From positions 3,468-67,467 of the forward strand of contig DASUGI010000208.1 of NCBI GenBank assembly GCA_036274115.1: DNA of 64,000 bases, in the 5' to 3' direction. The notes under the pieces were generated by a model. That model saw only the letters and a list, made by a program, of their open reading frames with translations, ran no database searches and was not told the origin of the DNA. Position numbers and translations under genes: made by a program. Shown here in pieces: positions 1 to 10,859 of this stretch. Positions within the stretch are counted from its first letter, which is position 1. Every line of letters starts with the position of its first letter. Origin of the DNA: Verrucomicrobiia bacterium. GTDB taxonomy: Bacteria > Verrucomicrobiota > Verrucomicrobiia > Limisphaerales > JADLHS01.

Positions 1-1284
1 AATCGTAGCGGTAGCGAGGCCGTCGTAAACTTTGTTGCTCACCCCAACGATCGCGGTGACGGTGGCGGGTTGGATGTCAAATGCGCTGCTGACGCCGTCG
101 CTCATACCCGCCGCCGACGCACTGAGGCGCTTTTCAAGTCCGGCTGTGGGGATTTGGATGTTTGTGAAGGTGGCGACGCCGTTGCCAAAATCAGTGCCGA
201 TGTCCAGGGAAGTCGTGCCCAGCAGCGGACCTGTGCCCGTGCTCAGACTTAAACTCAGCGGCTTGCTGGCGCCGAGATCGGTGACGGAGCTATTACCAAA
301 GGCGTCTTGCGAAACGACGACCGGTTGCGGACTTAACGGCAGTCCGTAAACCGTGGAGATGGGTTGGGCCGTGAACGCCAGTCGGCTCGCGGGTCCAGGA
401 GTGATCGTGATGTCGTCCGTTAACACGTTGCTAAGGCTGCCGCTACTAAAGCGGAGCGAGATGGTTTCCGCTTTGCGGTAGGAAAGATTGCCAAAGGCGG
501 CAGTGCCGTTGGCGGCGGTGACGTTCGTCGTGCCTTGCAGTGTGCTGGTGCCCGTGACCAGGGAGGCGGTGACCACCGTGCTGTTGTCGGCGGCGCCGTT
601 GGCGGAGTTGCGGATGTTTCCAAACTGGTCCCGAACCTGAATCGCAGCTTGCGGCGAGAAGTTTGTTCCCGCCACCGCCGAGCCGGACGGCAGAGCTTGA
701 GCGGTAAGCTGGCTGGCTGCGCCGGAGACGGAGCGAATCGTGCCGAGGTTGGACCCTCCAGATCCGTTTGGGTTATCCGTGGAGTTCAGGCCGTCAATGA
801 CGGCCGTTCCGCCTCCAGTAGCGGGACGGTAGATGTTGCCGCTGGCAAGTGGAGTGCCCTCGAGGGGGCGAATCTGAATTGCCGGTGAGCCGCCGATGGT
901 CAGAGTGTCAGTCTCGTCGCTTCCCAAAACGACCAGGGTAATCGTGATGTTGCTGGACGATACCGTGCCGATCGCGCTAACGATGTTTCTCCCGGAAGTG
1001 AAAGAAACGTTCGGCAACAACGTTGGATTGAATTCGAATCCGGCCGGAGCATTCAACACCAGAGTCCCGCCGCCAATGTCGCCTCGACTGTTGCCGGGTT
1101 CTGAAATCGTAATCGCGCCCAGACTCGTCCAGGCCGGGGTCGGCGCATTAGCCGCCCGGTCGGCGGGAATGGCATTCCCTCCGGAGGCAGGGGTGATATT
1201 CACGTTGGCTCGGGTCTGGAAGGGCAACAGGATTGACAAGCAAAACGCGAAGACGTACGCGCCGCCGGTTTTTCGGACTTTCAT
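1..1284 (-). CDS. secreted repetitive surface protein (Ig-like adhesin-type repeats); 3' end runs off the window
   Basis: Absent from the ORF track because there is no stop in the window. Reverse-strand ATG at 1284-1282 gives MKVRKTGGAYVFAFCLSILLPFQTRA (signal peptide). I translated the frame by hand and it is open for all 428 codons to position 1. Repeats of the QVRDQFGN / VSQDAFGN type, and VSNKVYDGLATATI (YDG-type motif) at the window edge. Confidence 0.6.
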   Translation of the reverse strand, partial: MKVRKTGGAYVFAFCLSILLPFQTRANVNITPASGGNAIPADRAANAPTPAWTSLGAITISEPGNSRGDIGGGTLVLNAPAGFEFNPTLLPNVSFTSGRNIVSAIGTVSSSNITITLVVLGSDETDTLTIGGSPAIQIRPLEGTPLASGNIYRPATGGGTAVIDGLNSTDNPNGSGGSNLGTIRSVSGAASQLTAQALPSGSAVAGTNFSPQAAIQVRDQFGNIRNSANGAADNSTVVTASLVTGTSTLQGTTNVTAANGTAAFGNLSYRKAETISLRFSSGSLSNVLTDDITITPGPASRLAFTAQPISTVYGLPLSPQPVVVSQDAFGNSSVTDLGASKPLSLSLSTGTGPLLGTTSLDIGTDFGNGVATFTNIQIPTAGLEKRLSASAAGMSDGVSSAFDIQPATVTAIVGVSNKVYDGLATATI

Positions 1285-1613
1285 AAGTTTGTGAAACCAC
1301 AGTTAAAACGCGAGCGTTCCGCGGCATCGGTGTGACGAACTGTGCCAATCGTTTGAACGTCTTCCCACCCGCCTGGAGTGGTGATTGATTGCAGTTCATT
1401 GACAGCATGCCAAGCCCATTGCTCCCGGAAAGTATACCGGTGCGATGTTCCGGTGCAAACCGGTATCCCTAACCAGGGGTTTTTGCTGATGGCATCGTCC
1501 AACCCATGTCGGCTTAGGTGCTTAAGGGTGGGCGCTGAAACGCACACTTGGCGGCCAGACCTGATGCGCTAATTTTGCGGCGGCGGAGAGACGCACTCCA
1601 AACGCTAAAGAGC

Positions 1614-2453
1614 ATGCCGACCAAAGAACACCGACGACACGCCCGGGGAATTGTTGAAGCATTGGAACTGCGGGCGCATGAAGGACCTTCCGTCTGTCCA
1701 GGCGAAATTCGATCGGCACGCGAGTTCCTCGAGCAACATGATTTTTCTCCGGCCAGCGACTACTACAGTCGCCTGACCCGGCTGCAGGACCATCTGCAAA
1801 CGCGCGCTCGCGTGCGGACGGGCGGAAAGCGAAACTACGGGGGCGAAGCCGCCGGTTGCTGGATGCAGTTACAGTCCGTTTACGATCACGTCATTCTTTC
1901 CACCTGCTACGATGGGCAATTCAATACGCAACGGGGACGGGTGAAGATCTCGCATCGCTTTAATCAGGCGGGTCGGGTCGATTTTGTTGAACTCAAATTC
2001 CTGCGGTCATTGCAACCGTGCTTGACGGGAGAGATCCGCAAGCTGGTTACCATCCGGAATTATCAAACGCTGCAGAAGGACTGGCACGAAGCGGAGGCGT
2101 TCGTGTTACGGGTGCTGCCCCGGGAATTGGTATTTCTGTTGGTTGACTTCTTCCGGTATCCGCGTCACGAAATCGTCGGTTGGCTGATTAACCTGGGTCA
2201 TCGCACTGCCGGCGACCTGCTCGCCGACCTGGGCGCAGGGCGAGTGAATGGCCATGTTTCCGGGTCGAACGGGGCTTCAAGCCAGCTGGCGCTGTCGACG
2301 ATCCACACGGATGACGTTGCCATGCCGATTCTCGAACAGGCCGGCGCGTTGGAATCCACCGTTGAGGTTAATGATCCTGACTCGGTAGTGGTGCGCTATG
2401 TTCAGACACCGGCGGTGACTTCAAAACAGGCCCTGTCCGCTGCCAGGTACTAA
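1614..2453 (+). CDS. hypothetical protein
   Basis: ORF 1548-2453 starts at TTG; the first ATG is at 1614. No recognisable motif. The 3' end overlaps the convergent gene by 86 nt. Confidence 0.4.
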   Translation: MPTKEHRRHARGIVEALELRAHEGPSVCPGEIRSAREFLEQHDFSPASDYYSRLTRLQDHLQTRARVRTGGKRNYGGEAAGCWMQLQSVYDHVILSTCYDGQFNTQRGRVKISHRFNQAGRVDFVELKFLRSLQPCLTGEIRKLVTIRNYQTLQKDWHEAEAFVLRVLPRELVFLLVDFFRYPRHEIVGWLINLGHRTAGDLLADLGAGRVNGHVSGSNGASSQLALSTIHTDDVAMPILEQAGALESTVEVNDPDSVVVRYVQTPAVTSKQALSAARY

Positions 2454-5400
2454 CGGTGGCGCTAATTCGATAGAAGCGTGCCACGGCATTGGTGCGCGCC
2501 CCGACATCCAAATACGCGCCCACCGTCGTGGTATTGCCAGTTGTCAAACTGGCTGAAATGCCGGAGAACGGGCCCCTGGGACCTGGGGCGGTTTCGACAA
2601 CGGAGCTTCCAGCGGGTGCGGTCCAGGTGACGAGCACATTGTCGTTGGTGAGCGTGAGCGAGGTAATAAGAGGGTGGACGACGAATTCACTCGCGATACC
2701 GGACGGAAGGTGGATAACGGCTTCGGCAACCTCGCTGTAATCGGAAACTCCCAATGGATTAAAAGCGCGAACCCGGTAGTAGTTCGTCGCATTGGCGATG
2801 AAGTTCCCATCACGGTATTGACTGAACGACCGGTTCGTCGCGGCGACGGTGGCGATTTCCGACCAGGAACTCAGCACATTTGTGCTGCGTTCGATCTTGA
2901 AGCCGTGTTGATCAAAGGGAAAGCCAGCGGCCCACGAAAGGATGATGGCATTGGTGTCGTCGGGCGTGGCAGTCAGGTTGAAGGGAGCCGCGGGCGCAAC
3001 GATGGTTACCGCAACCGGTGAACTGAACTCAGAGAGCCCGGTCCAGCTAATCGCCTGTACGCGATACCAGTAAATTCCGCCGGGCTGAAGTCCCGGGTCC
3101 GTGTAGGCGTAGTAAGCGGAATTCGTGATGGCAGCCAGTGCCGTCCAGTCGCCCGGCGCGCCACTCCCGTCCGGCGCGCGTTGCAGGAGGAAGCCCTCCA
3201 ATTGGCCTGAATAGTTCATGGACCAAAAAAGTTTTGCCTGATTGCCAAAGGCATAAACACTCAAATCCGGCGGCGGCGGCGCAACGATCTCGACCGAAAA
3301 CGGGGCACTGAAGGGCGAATGGCCGAGTTTGTTAAAGCAGCGGATACGGTAAGAAAAGGTCGAGCCCGGCGAAACCGCCGCGTCGACGAAGTAGGGCAGG
3401 AAGGACTGATTATTGACCGTGGCGATTTTTGTCCAGATTTCGGAACCGTTAAGCGCATTGGTGGTGCGTTCCAGTTTGTAGCCATCCTGATCGTCGGCTG
3501 CCGGCGGCAACCATGACAGGAGGATTCGATTGGAACGAAGAATATAGGCGTTGATGTTGATGGGGGGCTGAGGTGGCAAAATCCTTACGCTGGTCGGCTC
3601 GCTGTAAGGTGAATCGCCCAGTCCATTGAAAAATTGCGCGCGATACCAATAACGGTTGCTGACCGTCAGTCCGGTGTCGGTGAACGTATGGCTGCTGACA
3701 TCTGTCGTGTTTGTCACCAGAATCCGTTTCCAGACACCCGGGTTGCCGTTTTTGTCGGGGGCACGCTCAATGCGAAAGCCGAGCAAACCATTGTGTGCCG
3801 GCGAGGCCGCCAGTCGCACTTGATCGACAAAGGCATTTGCGGACAGAAAAGGTGGAAATGCGGGGGCGAAGATGTCGATGAAGATCGGCTGGCTGTAGAC
3901 GGACTGACCGCAGGTGGTGACGGAGCGCACGCGGTACCAGTAATTGCTTCCACCGGAAACAGAAGTGTCATCATAGCTGGCACGGCTCTGTGCCACTGAA
4001 GCAATCGGAGCCCAATTGGTGGCAACGCCAGGGTCCAGATTTCCCAAGGCACGTTCAATTTGAACGAGTGAGCGGTCGCGAGGCTGGGGCGTCCACACGA
4101 GCCGCACTCGATTCGTGGCAACAATCTGCGCGGCGAAGTCAAGCGGCGGATTGGGAGTTGTGGAAACGGCCAGGTGAAAACTGCTGCCCGCTGCGATGGC
4201 CGTGACGCCTGCCAGATTATCCGGTGGCATCGATCCGCCAAATGGATCGCCCCAGCCAACCACCGTCCCGTCCTGCTTCAAGGCCAGGGAAGTATTTCGC
4301 ACCGCCGAAATTGCCACAACGTTTGACAGGCCAGTCGGAGGAGTGCCTGCGGTGTTCGCGCTCGGCCAGCCCATTACGGTTCCGTCGCCCAGGAGCACCA
4401 GGGCATGATTCTGGCCAGCGGCGAGCGCCACCGCATTGGTGATCTGGCTTGGAGCATCAGACGGCGCGAGACCCCAACTGACAAGCGTGCCGTTGGTTTG
4501 CAATGCGAGACTGAAGTTTTCTCCGGCAGCAATGGCCTTTACCCCGGTGAGGTTTGGTGGCGGCGTAGCGGCCCCGTAAGAATCGTCGCCCCACCCCACG
4601 ACACTTCCATCCTGTTTGAGCGCCAGGGTGTGGTACGCCCCCGCGGCGATCGCTTTCACGCCGGTCAGATTAGCTGGTTGAGGCGTGTTTTTAAGGCGGT
4701 CAAAGTCCGATTCCCAGGTGACTACGGTGCCGTTTTGCTTCAGCGCCACTCCATGGGCATATCCAGCGGCGATGGCGGTGACGCTGCTGAGGTTTTGTGG
4801 AAGTGGAGTGGGCGACGGAGCGCGGTGTGTCCAGGCCACGACGGTGCCGTCCTTTTTTAATGCGAGGCTTTGATTATTTCCGCTTGCGACTGCGACGACA
4901 TCCGTCAGTCGCGGCGGTATTGGCGTTGGAAGTGACGCGCCCCACGAAGTGACGAGCAGGGCGCAATTGGTTTCCGCCTTGAACGTCGTTGCGCAGGCGG
5001 TCGCCGAGTAGTCCGAATGCCCCGCTGCATTAAAGGCTCGCACGCGGTAACAATAACAAGTGTCCGATTGCAGTTCCTTGTCCTGGTAAGCGGTTGCATT
5101 CGCCGGCAACCGGGCGATCGGAACATACTTCCCGCGACCGGTGGTTCGTTCGACCGCAAATCCCAGTTCATTGTTGGATTTATCCTTCCAGGTAAGATTC
5201 ACCTGGGATTCGGAAGTTGCCTCAGCCTGCAACTGCGCAGGTGTGCTGAGGCGCACGTGACCATGTTTCGGTGGTTGATGCGGGTGCTTCTTGTCCTTGT
5301 GAGTGTTTCCAGAATTTTTGCCTGACTTGTCTTTTTCTTTTGTCCCCGCGGCCGCGGGAAACACGAAGCAGGCAACTGCTATGAGAGCGATGATCGCGGG

Positions 5401-5472
5401 GGAAAACGATTTCACGTGCAAAGTGTGTGCTTGTTGGGTAACGCTTAAAATCAGGGAGAACGTCACATCCAC
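2368..5472 (-). CDS. secreted RCC1-repeat and multi-fibronectin-type-III protein
   Basis: N-terminal hydrophobic signal/anchor. About 6 RCC1-like blades (GYAHGVALKQNGTVVTW, GAYHTLALKQDGSVVGWG, GENFSLALQTNGTLVSWG, NTSLALKQDGTVVGWG). At least 6 FN3-like units of the W..P......GF.IER...YRV/YRA pattern. RFYRI module near the C-terminus. Confidence 0.8.
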   Translation of the reverse strand: MDVTFSLILSVTQQAHTLHVKSFSPAIIALIAVACFVFPAAAGTKEKDKSGKNSGNTHKDKKHPHQPPKHGHVRLSTPAQLQAEATSESQVNLTWKDKSNNELGFAVERTTGRGKYVPIARLPANATAYQDKELQSDTCYCYRVRAFNAAGHSDYSATACATTFKAETNCALLVTSWGASLPTPIPPRLTDVVAVASGNNQSLALKKDGTVVAWTHRAPSPTPLPQNLSSVTAIAAGYAHGVALKQNGTVVTWESDFDRLKNTPQPANLTGVKAIAAGAYHTLALKQDGSVVGWGDDSYGAATPPPNLTGVKAIAAGENFSLALQTNGTLVSWGLAPSDAPSQITNAVALAAGQNHALVLLGDGTVMGWPSANTAGTPPTGLSNVVAISAVRNTSLALKQDGTVVGWGDPFGGSMPPDNLAGVTAIAAGSSFHLAVSTTPNPPLDFAAQIVATNRVRLVWTPQPRDRSLVQIERALGNLDPGVATNWAPIASVAQSRASYDDTSVSGGSNYWYRVRSVTTCGQSVYSQPIFIDIFAPAFPPFLSANAFVDQVRLAASPAHNGLLGFRIERAPDKNGNPGVWKRILVTNTTDVSSHTFTDTGLTVSNRYWYRAQFFNGLGDSPYSEPTSVRILPPQPPININAYILRSNRILLSWLPPAADDQDGYKLERTTNALNGSEIWTKIATVNNQSFLPYFVDAAVSPGSTFSYRIRCFNKLGHSPFSAPFSVEIVAPPPPDLSVYAFGNQAKLFWSMNYSGQLEGFLLQRAPDGSGAPGDWTALAAITNSAYYAYTDPGLQPGGIYWYRVQAISWTGLSEFSSPVAVTIVAPAAPFNLTATPDDTNAIILSWAAGFPFDQHGFKIERSTNVLSSWSEIATVAATNRSFSQYRDGNFIANATNYYRVRAFNPLGVSDYSEVAEAVIHLPSGIASEFVVHPLITSLTLTNDNVLVTWTAPAGSSVVETAPGPRGPFSGISASLTTGNTTTVGAYLDVGARTNAVARFYRISATVSTWQRTGPVLKSPPVSEHSAPLPSQDH

Positions 5473-5604
5473 ACGATCCGTTCCCCTGGAACGTCATCGT
5501 GACAGACGGGCCTGTATTGTCAATTTGGAGGCGGGTCGGTACTTGTTTGGACCGCCCGTCGGTAATTTTCCGTACCTCCCGGCAGCAAAAATCCAACGAG
5601 TTGA

Positions 5605-7800
5605 TCAGAGTCCTGCCTGGATTCGGAAGAACCGTGGTGACGTGGTTGCGTTGGAAACGGTGAGCGAGTTCGTGATGCTCGTTGGGGGCAGATTGGTATG
5701 GATTGGCGACCACGGTCCCGAAAGGCTGTCGGCTTGCTGCACAATCTGCCGCGCGGATTGGCCGCCAATCCAGTTGAGCGTCACGTCCCCGCCGGCAGTT
5801 TGGATACCGAGGAACTTCAGCACGGAGGCCGCGGAGTTGGGATTCGTTCCGGCGGCTTGCTCCTGAAGATTGTTGGCGCCATCGCCATCCGGATCCGCGG
5901 TGGCACTGGCAATCAGCGGGTCACCGAAGTTTTGTTGTTCCCATCCGTTGAACAGTCCGTCGCCATCCGCATCCAGATCGGGCCGGGCCTGCCGCGAGAG
6001 AATCAAAGTGCTGTAAGGGCCAATGGAAATGGCGCCGCTGCTGCCGGTGACGTTGACCACCGAACTGCCGAAGTTTCCAAAGTCACTGCCATAGCGGGTC
6101 CAATCGGAATTCAGGTTTACAAACCAGTTGCCGTTCGCCGGCCAGGTGTTGATGACGTAACTCGGGATGCTGTTGGCGGTGAAATTCATAACCACCATCA
6201 CTTGATCGTTCGGGCCGGCGCCCCAGCGATGGTAAGCGAGTAATTTCCAGGGCGCGTCATTGCGCACCACGTGGCTGGTAATGTTTGGACCCGTGAGGCC
6301 CAGGCTTGCGTTGTCCAGATTACGGCGCAGCCGAATGACGTCGCGATAAAAACTCACGACATCGGAGTAAGTCGTCGCATGCGACCACTCCAACGGGTTG
6401 GTGCTGCCGAACTGCTCGTCTTCGAGCATCTCCTGGCCCATAAACAGCATCGGCACGGCGGGCATGGTCATGATCACCGCGGTGGCCAGCATCGAGCGTT
6501 TGCGTGCGTAGTAACCGTCCGGGTCGGCTGGTTGAATCCGCGTCGGCAGGCGTTGCGCGCCAGCGCCGTTGAGGTCGCCCACCAGATCGTGAGTTTCCGA
6601 GTACGCGATGCGAAAGAATCCGTTTCCGTTGATGCCATTCCAGAGCGCATTCATGTTGCGGTTGGCATCGGTGCCTTCGACGACCTGTCCAATCAATAAA
6701 TCACCAAACCCGCGATCCCATTCCCCATGGAAGCCCTGGCCGAACGCCTGATCCTCGGCGATGCTGATGACGCCCGGCCGGTTCGCGCGAATCTCGGTAT
6801 TGTTGATGTATTGGATGAGTGAATCGGCCTCGGGGATGTTCACGTGACCCGGATCGTAATAGCGCATCGCGCCCACGGCGTCCCAGCGGAAGCCGTCAAT
6901 GTGATATTCGTCCACCCACATCTTGAAGTTATCGATGATGAAGGACCGGACCCCGGGGCTCGCGTAATTCGGGCGGTCGCCCCAGGGCGTGGAACTGATG
7001 TTGGCATTGGTGTAAACGTAGAATCGGCTCGCGGAACCAACGTCAAAACCATAGAGCTCGAAGTCGCTCGGTCCCCAATGATTGTGAACGACGTCCAGCA
7101 ACACGCGAATGCCGCGGCTGTGCGCCGCTTGGACAAAGGCTTTCAACCCATCCGGCCCGCCGTATCCGGAACTCTCGACGGCAAACATGTCGGCCGGATT
7201 GTAGCCCCAGCTATTGTCTCCGGGAAATTCTGCGAGAGGCAACAACTCCACCGCGTTGATTCCGAGATGGGTGAGATGATCGAGCTTTGCAATCGCGTCG
7301 GTGAACTTTCCCGGGCCGCCCGTGAATGGTGTTGGATCGTAAAATGCGCCGACATGCATCTCATAAATCACCAGGTCGGATTGCGTCACGGGCAAACGCG
7401 TGTCGCCCTGCCAATTGAACGCATTCGGAAAATAGACGATCGAGTTTGCGTCCGGACTGTTGTAGCCGCTCTGAGTGACGCGCCGACTGCGCGGGTCTTT
7501 CCACCAGTAGCTGCCGTTGATGAAATATTTGTATTGGCTCCCATTCGTTACGCCCGGCACATCCACGGACCAAAGATCTGACGTGCCTTCTGCTGCCATC
7601 GGAGTCGTGCCCCAGCCGTTGAATGTTCCTCGCACCGCCACGCTGGTGGCGTGCGGCGACCAGACTCGAAACGTCACGCCTGTGCCCGACGCATCCGCAT
7701 AAGGGGTCGCGCCCATTCCGGGCCGACTTGATTGTGCCATGGCGCTCACGGCGCAAAGCAGACTTGTCGTGAGAGCGGGCTTAAGGGCTCTCCAAAACAC
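5605..7800 (-). CDS. secreted GH13 alpha-amylase-family glycoside hydrolase with N-terminal CBM48-like domain and calcium-binding (TSP3-like) repeats
   Basis: GVTFRVWSPHATSVAVRGTFNGWG (CBM48-like). GH13 regions GIRVLLDVVHNHWG, DGFRWDAVGAM, ISIAEDQ, YSETHD. DLDADGDGLFNGWEQ and DPDGDGANNLQEQ repeats. A GTG at 7800 gives MFWRALKPALTTSLLCAVSAMA (signal peptide); the track start at 8004 looks over-extended. Confidence 0.85.
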   Translation of the reverse strand: MFWRALKPALTTSLLCAVSAMAQSSRPGMGATPYADASGTGVTFRVWSPHATSVAVRGTFNGWGTTPMAAEGTSDLWSVDVPGVTNGSQYKYFINGSYWWKDPRSRRVTQSGYNSPDANSIVYFPNAFNWQGDTRLPVTQSDLVIYEMHVGAFYDPTPFTGGPGKFTDAIAKLDHLTHLGINAVELLPLAEFPGDNSWGYNPADMFAVESSGYGGPDGLKAFVQAAHSRGIRVLLDVVHNHWGPSDFELYGFDVGSASRFYVYTNANISSTPWGDRPNYASPGVRSFIIDNFKMWVDEYHIDGFRWDAVGAMRYYDPGHVNIPEADSLIQYINNTEIRANRPGVISIAEDQAFGQGFHGEWDRGFGDLLIGQVVEGTDANRNMNALWNGINGNGFFRIAYSETHDLVGDLNGAGAQRLPTRIQPADPDGYYARKRSMLATAVIMTMPAVPMLFMGQEMLEDEQFGSTNPLEWSHATTYSDVVSFYRDVIRLRRNLDNASLGLTGPNITSHVVRNDAPWKLLAYHRWGAGPNDQVMVVMNFTANSIPSYVINTWPANGNWFVNLNSDWTRYGSDFGNFGSSVVNVTGSSGAISIGPYSTLILSRQARPDLDADGDGLFNGWEQQNFGDPLIASATADPDGDGANNLQEQAAGTNPNSAASVLKFLGIQTAGGDVTLNWIGGQSARQIVQQADSLSGPWSPIHTNLPPTSITNSLTVSNATTSPRFFRIQAGL

Positions 7801-8044
7801 GCTCCTACTCTGGCTGACCTGCAGGCCCGGTTCAACCGTGAAACCGGCTGAAGCAAGGCATGTTTGTGCGGTGGGTCGCGGCTCGCGGGTTCGCTGCTCC
7901 GGCGGATATTGAATACCGGTTGCAAGTCCACCGCATTCCGCCATTTGAAACGAGATCCTCGGCGCGCGGCCGTTAAAGCGAGTCGTCGCATTCGGGCATT
8001 GCAAGGCTGCGCGAGGAGAGTGCCGCTCGATCCATCGGTGGCAA

Positions 8045-9553
8045 TTATTGGCGCAATCGGTAAAGACGAAGCGCGTCGCTCACCGTGTTGGTCACGACGT
8101 AGTTTGTGCCGCTTACAGCCGGCGCGGGCGACGCAACATTCCAGTCGCCAAGACTGAGGTTGGTGCGGGTCTCCAGGGTGAAACCTGTGAAGTTGGTCGT
8201 CCACGACAGGACGACACTTGCATCCGGACCGCGTTGGATACTGAGAAGCGGCGCGGAGGGGATGGTGGTCTGGATGCGATAGACATCGCCGCTGACGAGA
8301 TAAGCGATGTAGAGGTTGCCCATCTGATCCTCGCCGAAGGAGACCGGAAACGTCGGCGCGCCCACATCGGGCGTGAGCAGAGCATCAATGTTCTGTACCG
8401 TGCCGTACGGGTCGGCGGGATCGAAGATCCAGTAGTTGTCGTCGAGAGTGCTTGCGCTGTTGCGCGAATCCAGAAAGAAATACTTGCCTTGAAGCGCCGG
8501 GTCAGGGCCGCGATACACATATCCGCCGGTCACCACGGTCCCGCCGAAGGGATCGTTGTCGCGGTTGTAGTCGTACACCGGCTCGACGTTGCCCGGCGGT
8601 GGGGCGCCGCCGACACCACCGCTGGGCGTTGCGATGGTTCCCTCTCGCAGTCGCCAGCCGTAATTCTCGCCACCGTTGCTGGAGGCCGGCAGGAAGTCGA
8701 TTTCTTCACGCGCGCTTTGTCCGACGTCGCCGATCCACAGGTCTCCGGTGGCGCGGTCGAACCCCGCGCGGAACGGATTGCGCAGCCCATAGGCAAAAAT
8801 TTCATCGTCCCCCGGCACGCCGACGAATGGATTGTTCGGCGGGATCGCGTAGTTCCGGTTCGTGTCGGCGGGAAACGCATCACTGTCCACATCCACGCGC
8901 AGGATCTTTCCCAGCAGGTTGGTCGTGGTGTCTTGAGCGTTGCCCGTGCCGGCGGTGTGGCCAGTATCGTTGTCGTCGCCGCCGCCTCCATCACCGGTGG
9001 CGATGTACAGGTAAGGGTTGTTGTTGGGGCTGAACCCGATCCACCCGCCGTTATGATTGCTTTGCGGCTGCATGAAACTGAGGATCGTTCGGGCCGACGC
9101 GGGGTTGGCGACGTTGGGATTTGCGCTGACGGTATATTCGCGAATGTATGTCGCGAACGGTTGAACTCCGGTATCAATCGTCACGTTGACGTAAAACTTG
9201 CCGTTGGTCTGGTAGCCCGGATGGAATGCCATTCCCAGCAGCCCGCCTTCGCCTTCAGTGTCCACGCCGGGGATCGTGAGAAACGGCGTCGGTTCGAGCA
9301 TGCCCGACGACAGATTGAGAATTCGGATGGTGCCGGCGCGTTGAACGATGAAAAGGCGGGCTGCGTCACCGGGCGCGTGGGTGACGAAGATGGGATTGTT
9401 CAGTCCGCTGGCCACGCGCTGAAGTCCGACAATGTCCGCGCGCGCTGGCGCGGTCCAGCACCCGAGGAGGATGAAGGCAACGGTGTGTGCCAACATAGCG
9501 GGAATTCGCCTGGTGGTCTCCCTCTGTTCATTTGTGGGAATTCGCTTTTTCAT
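8045..9553 (-). CDS. PQQ-dependent sugar dehydrogenase (soluble glucose/sorbosone dehydrogenase family)
   Basis: Motifs GLLGMAFHPGY, HNGGWIGFSP, YAYGLRNPFRAGFD, GDLWIGDVGQSAREEI, ENYGWRLREG. ATG at 9553 gives MKKRIP...AFILLGCWTAPARA (signal). C-terminal LRLYRLRQ module. Confidence 0.85.
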   Translation of the reverse strand: MKKRIPTNEQRETTRRIPAMLAHTVAFILLGCWTAPARADIVGLQRVASGLNNPIFVTHAPGDAARLFIVQRAGTIRILNLSSGMLEPTPFLTIPGVDTEGEGGLLGMAFHPGYQTNGKFYVNVTIDTGVQPFATYIREYTVSANPNVANPASARTILSFMQPQSNHNGGWIGFSPNNNPYLYIATGDGGGGDDNDTGHTAGTGNAQDTTTNLLGKILRVDVDSDAFPADTNRNYAIPPNNPFVGVPGDDEIFAYGLRNPFRAGFDRATGDLWIGDVGQSAREEIDFLPASSNGGENYGWRLREGTIATPSGGVGGAPPPGNVEPVYDYNRDNDPFGGTVVTGGYVYRGPDPALQGKYFFLDSRNSASTLDDNYWIFDPADPYGTVQNIDALLTPDVGAPTFPVSFGEDQMGNLYIAYLVSGDVYRIQTTIPSAPLLSIQRGPDASVVLSWTTNFTGFTLETRTNLSLGDWNVASPAPAVSGTNYVVTNTVSDALRLYRLRQ

Positions 9554-9977
9554 GGCAGACGCTAAACTTGAAAGCCCCTCAATGCCAGCCACGGCTTCGG
9601 TCAGACTGAATTTTCCGCTCCGATCCCTGCTCATCAATTACCTGATGCCGACTCAGAGTCACAGTGGACGCAAGAGTCGAGCCGACCGTCACCGGGAGAT
9701 CAACTCTCAGCCCTCCGCCATCAACGAAGCAGTGGCGGAATCTTTCGGCGCATGGCTGATGGCCAATGACTGATCGCCGATGTTCCAACTTGGCGATTTG
9801 CCATCAGTCATTCGCGCGAAAGCGCGCAACTCGCCCAGCCAACAGAAAAGACACGAGGTCCAGAGGGTCGCCAGTGCAATCGAACCGAATGCTGGTCACG
9901 ATTACATGGTTTTCGACTTCCATGAAAGAGTGAGCGGCCTATCCTCGCTTTACGTTTCTCGTGCCATTGCCAATTCC

Positions 9978-10859
9978 ATGGGAACTCCTGTTGCCGATTA
10001 CGTGATTGATGCCGACCTGGTCTCGCGTTTGTTGTCGGATCAGCATCCGGACCTGGCGCATTTGCCGCTTCAAGCAGTGGACGCCGGGTGGGACAACGCG
10101 ATGTTTCGCCTGGGGGATCAACTCGCGGTGCGGCTTCCGCGGCGCGCAGCAGTCGCAAGGCTGATCATCCACGAGCAACAGTGGCTACCGGAATTGTCGA
10201 AGCGGCTTTCGTTGCCAGTGCCTGCACCTTACCGCATTGGGCGTCCCGGCCTGGGTTACCCCTGCTCCTGGAGTGTGACTTCGTGGCTGAGTGGCTTGCC
10301 CGCTGACTTACGCGCACCCGATGCGTCACAGGCTGCTTCCCTCGGCAGATTTCTGCGGTCGCTCCACCTTCCGGCTCCGGCAGAGGCACCGCCAAACCCG
10401 GTGCGCGGAGTTCCACTCGCTCAACGGGCCGCCGTGGTGGAAGCAAGGATGCAGCGACTCGCAGGACGCAGCGCGCTGATTACCGAACCGATCATGCGGC
10501 TTTGGAAAAAGGCCTTGAGTTCGCCAGTGGATCGAGCCCCGACATGGCTTCACGGCGATCTGCACCCCCGCAACGTGCTCGTTCAGGACGGAGCGATCAC
10601 CGGAGTGATCGACTGGGGCGACCTCACCGCGGGCGATTGCGCTACCGATCTTGCGTCCCTCTGGATGCTGTTCACTGAAGCCGCGGCGCAACAGGAAGCG
10701 CTCGCCGCCTATGGCAATCCTTCTGAAGCAACGGTGCATCGTGCGATCGGTTGGGCGATCGTTTTTGCCGTGATGTTGCTGGACACCGGAATCGATGATA
10801 ATCCGAGGAATGCCGCGATTGGCGAACGCATTCTCCGTTTTCTTACAAAGAGATGTTGA
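9978..10859 (+). CDS. aminoglycoside/choline-kinase-type phosphotransferase family protein
   Basis: GWDNAMFRLGDQLAVRLPRR, catalytic loop LHGDLHPRNVLV, VIDWGD. The ATG at 9978 fits the usual family length; the track start is 9780. Confidence 0.8.
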   Translation: MGTPVADYVIDADLVSRLLSDQHPDLAHLPLQAVDAGWDNAMFRLGDQLAVRLPRRAAVARLIIHEQQWLPELSKRLSLPVPAPYRIGRPGLGYPCSWSVTSWLSGLPADLRAPDASQAASLGRFLRSLHLPAPAEAPPNPVRGVPLAQRAAVVEARMQRLAGRSALITEPIMRLWKKALSSPVDRAPTWLHGDLHPRNVLVQDGAITGVIDWGDLTAGDCATDLASLWMLFTEAAAQQEALAAYGNPSEATVHRAIGWAIVFAVMLLDTGIDDNPRNAAIGERILRFLTKRC

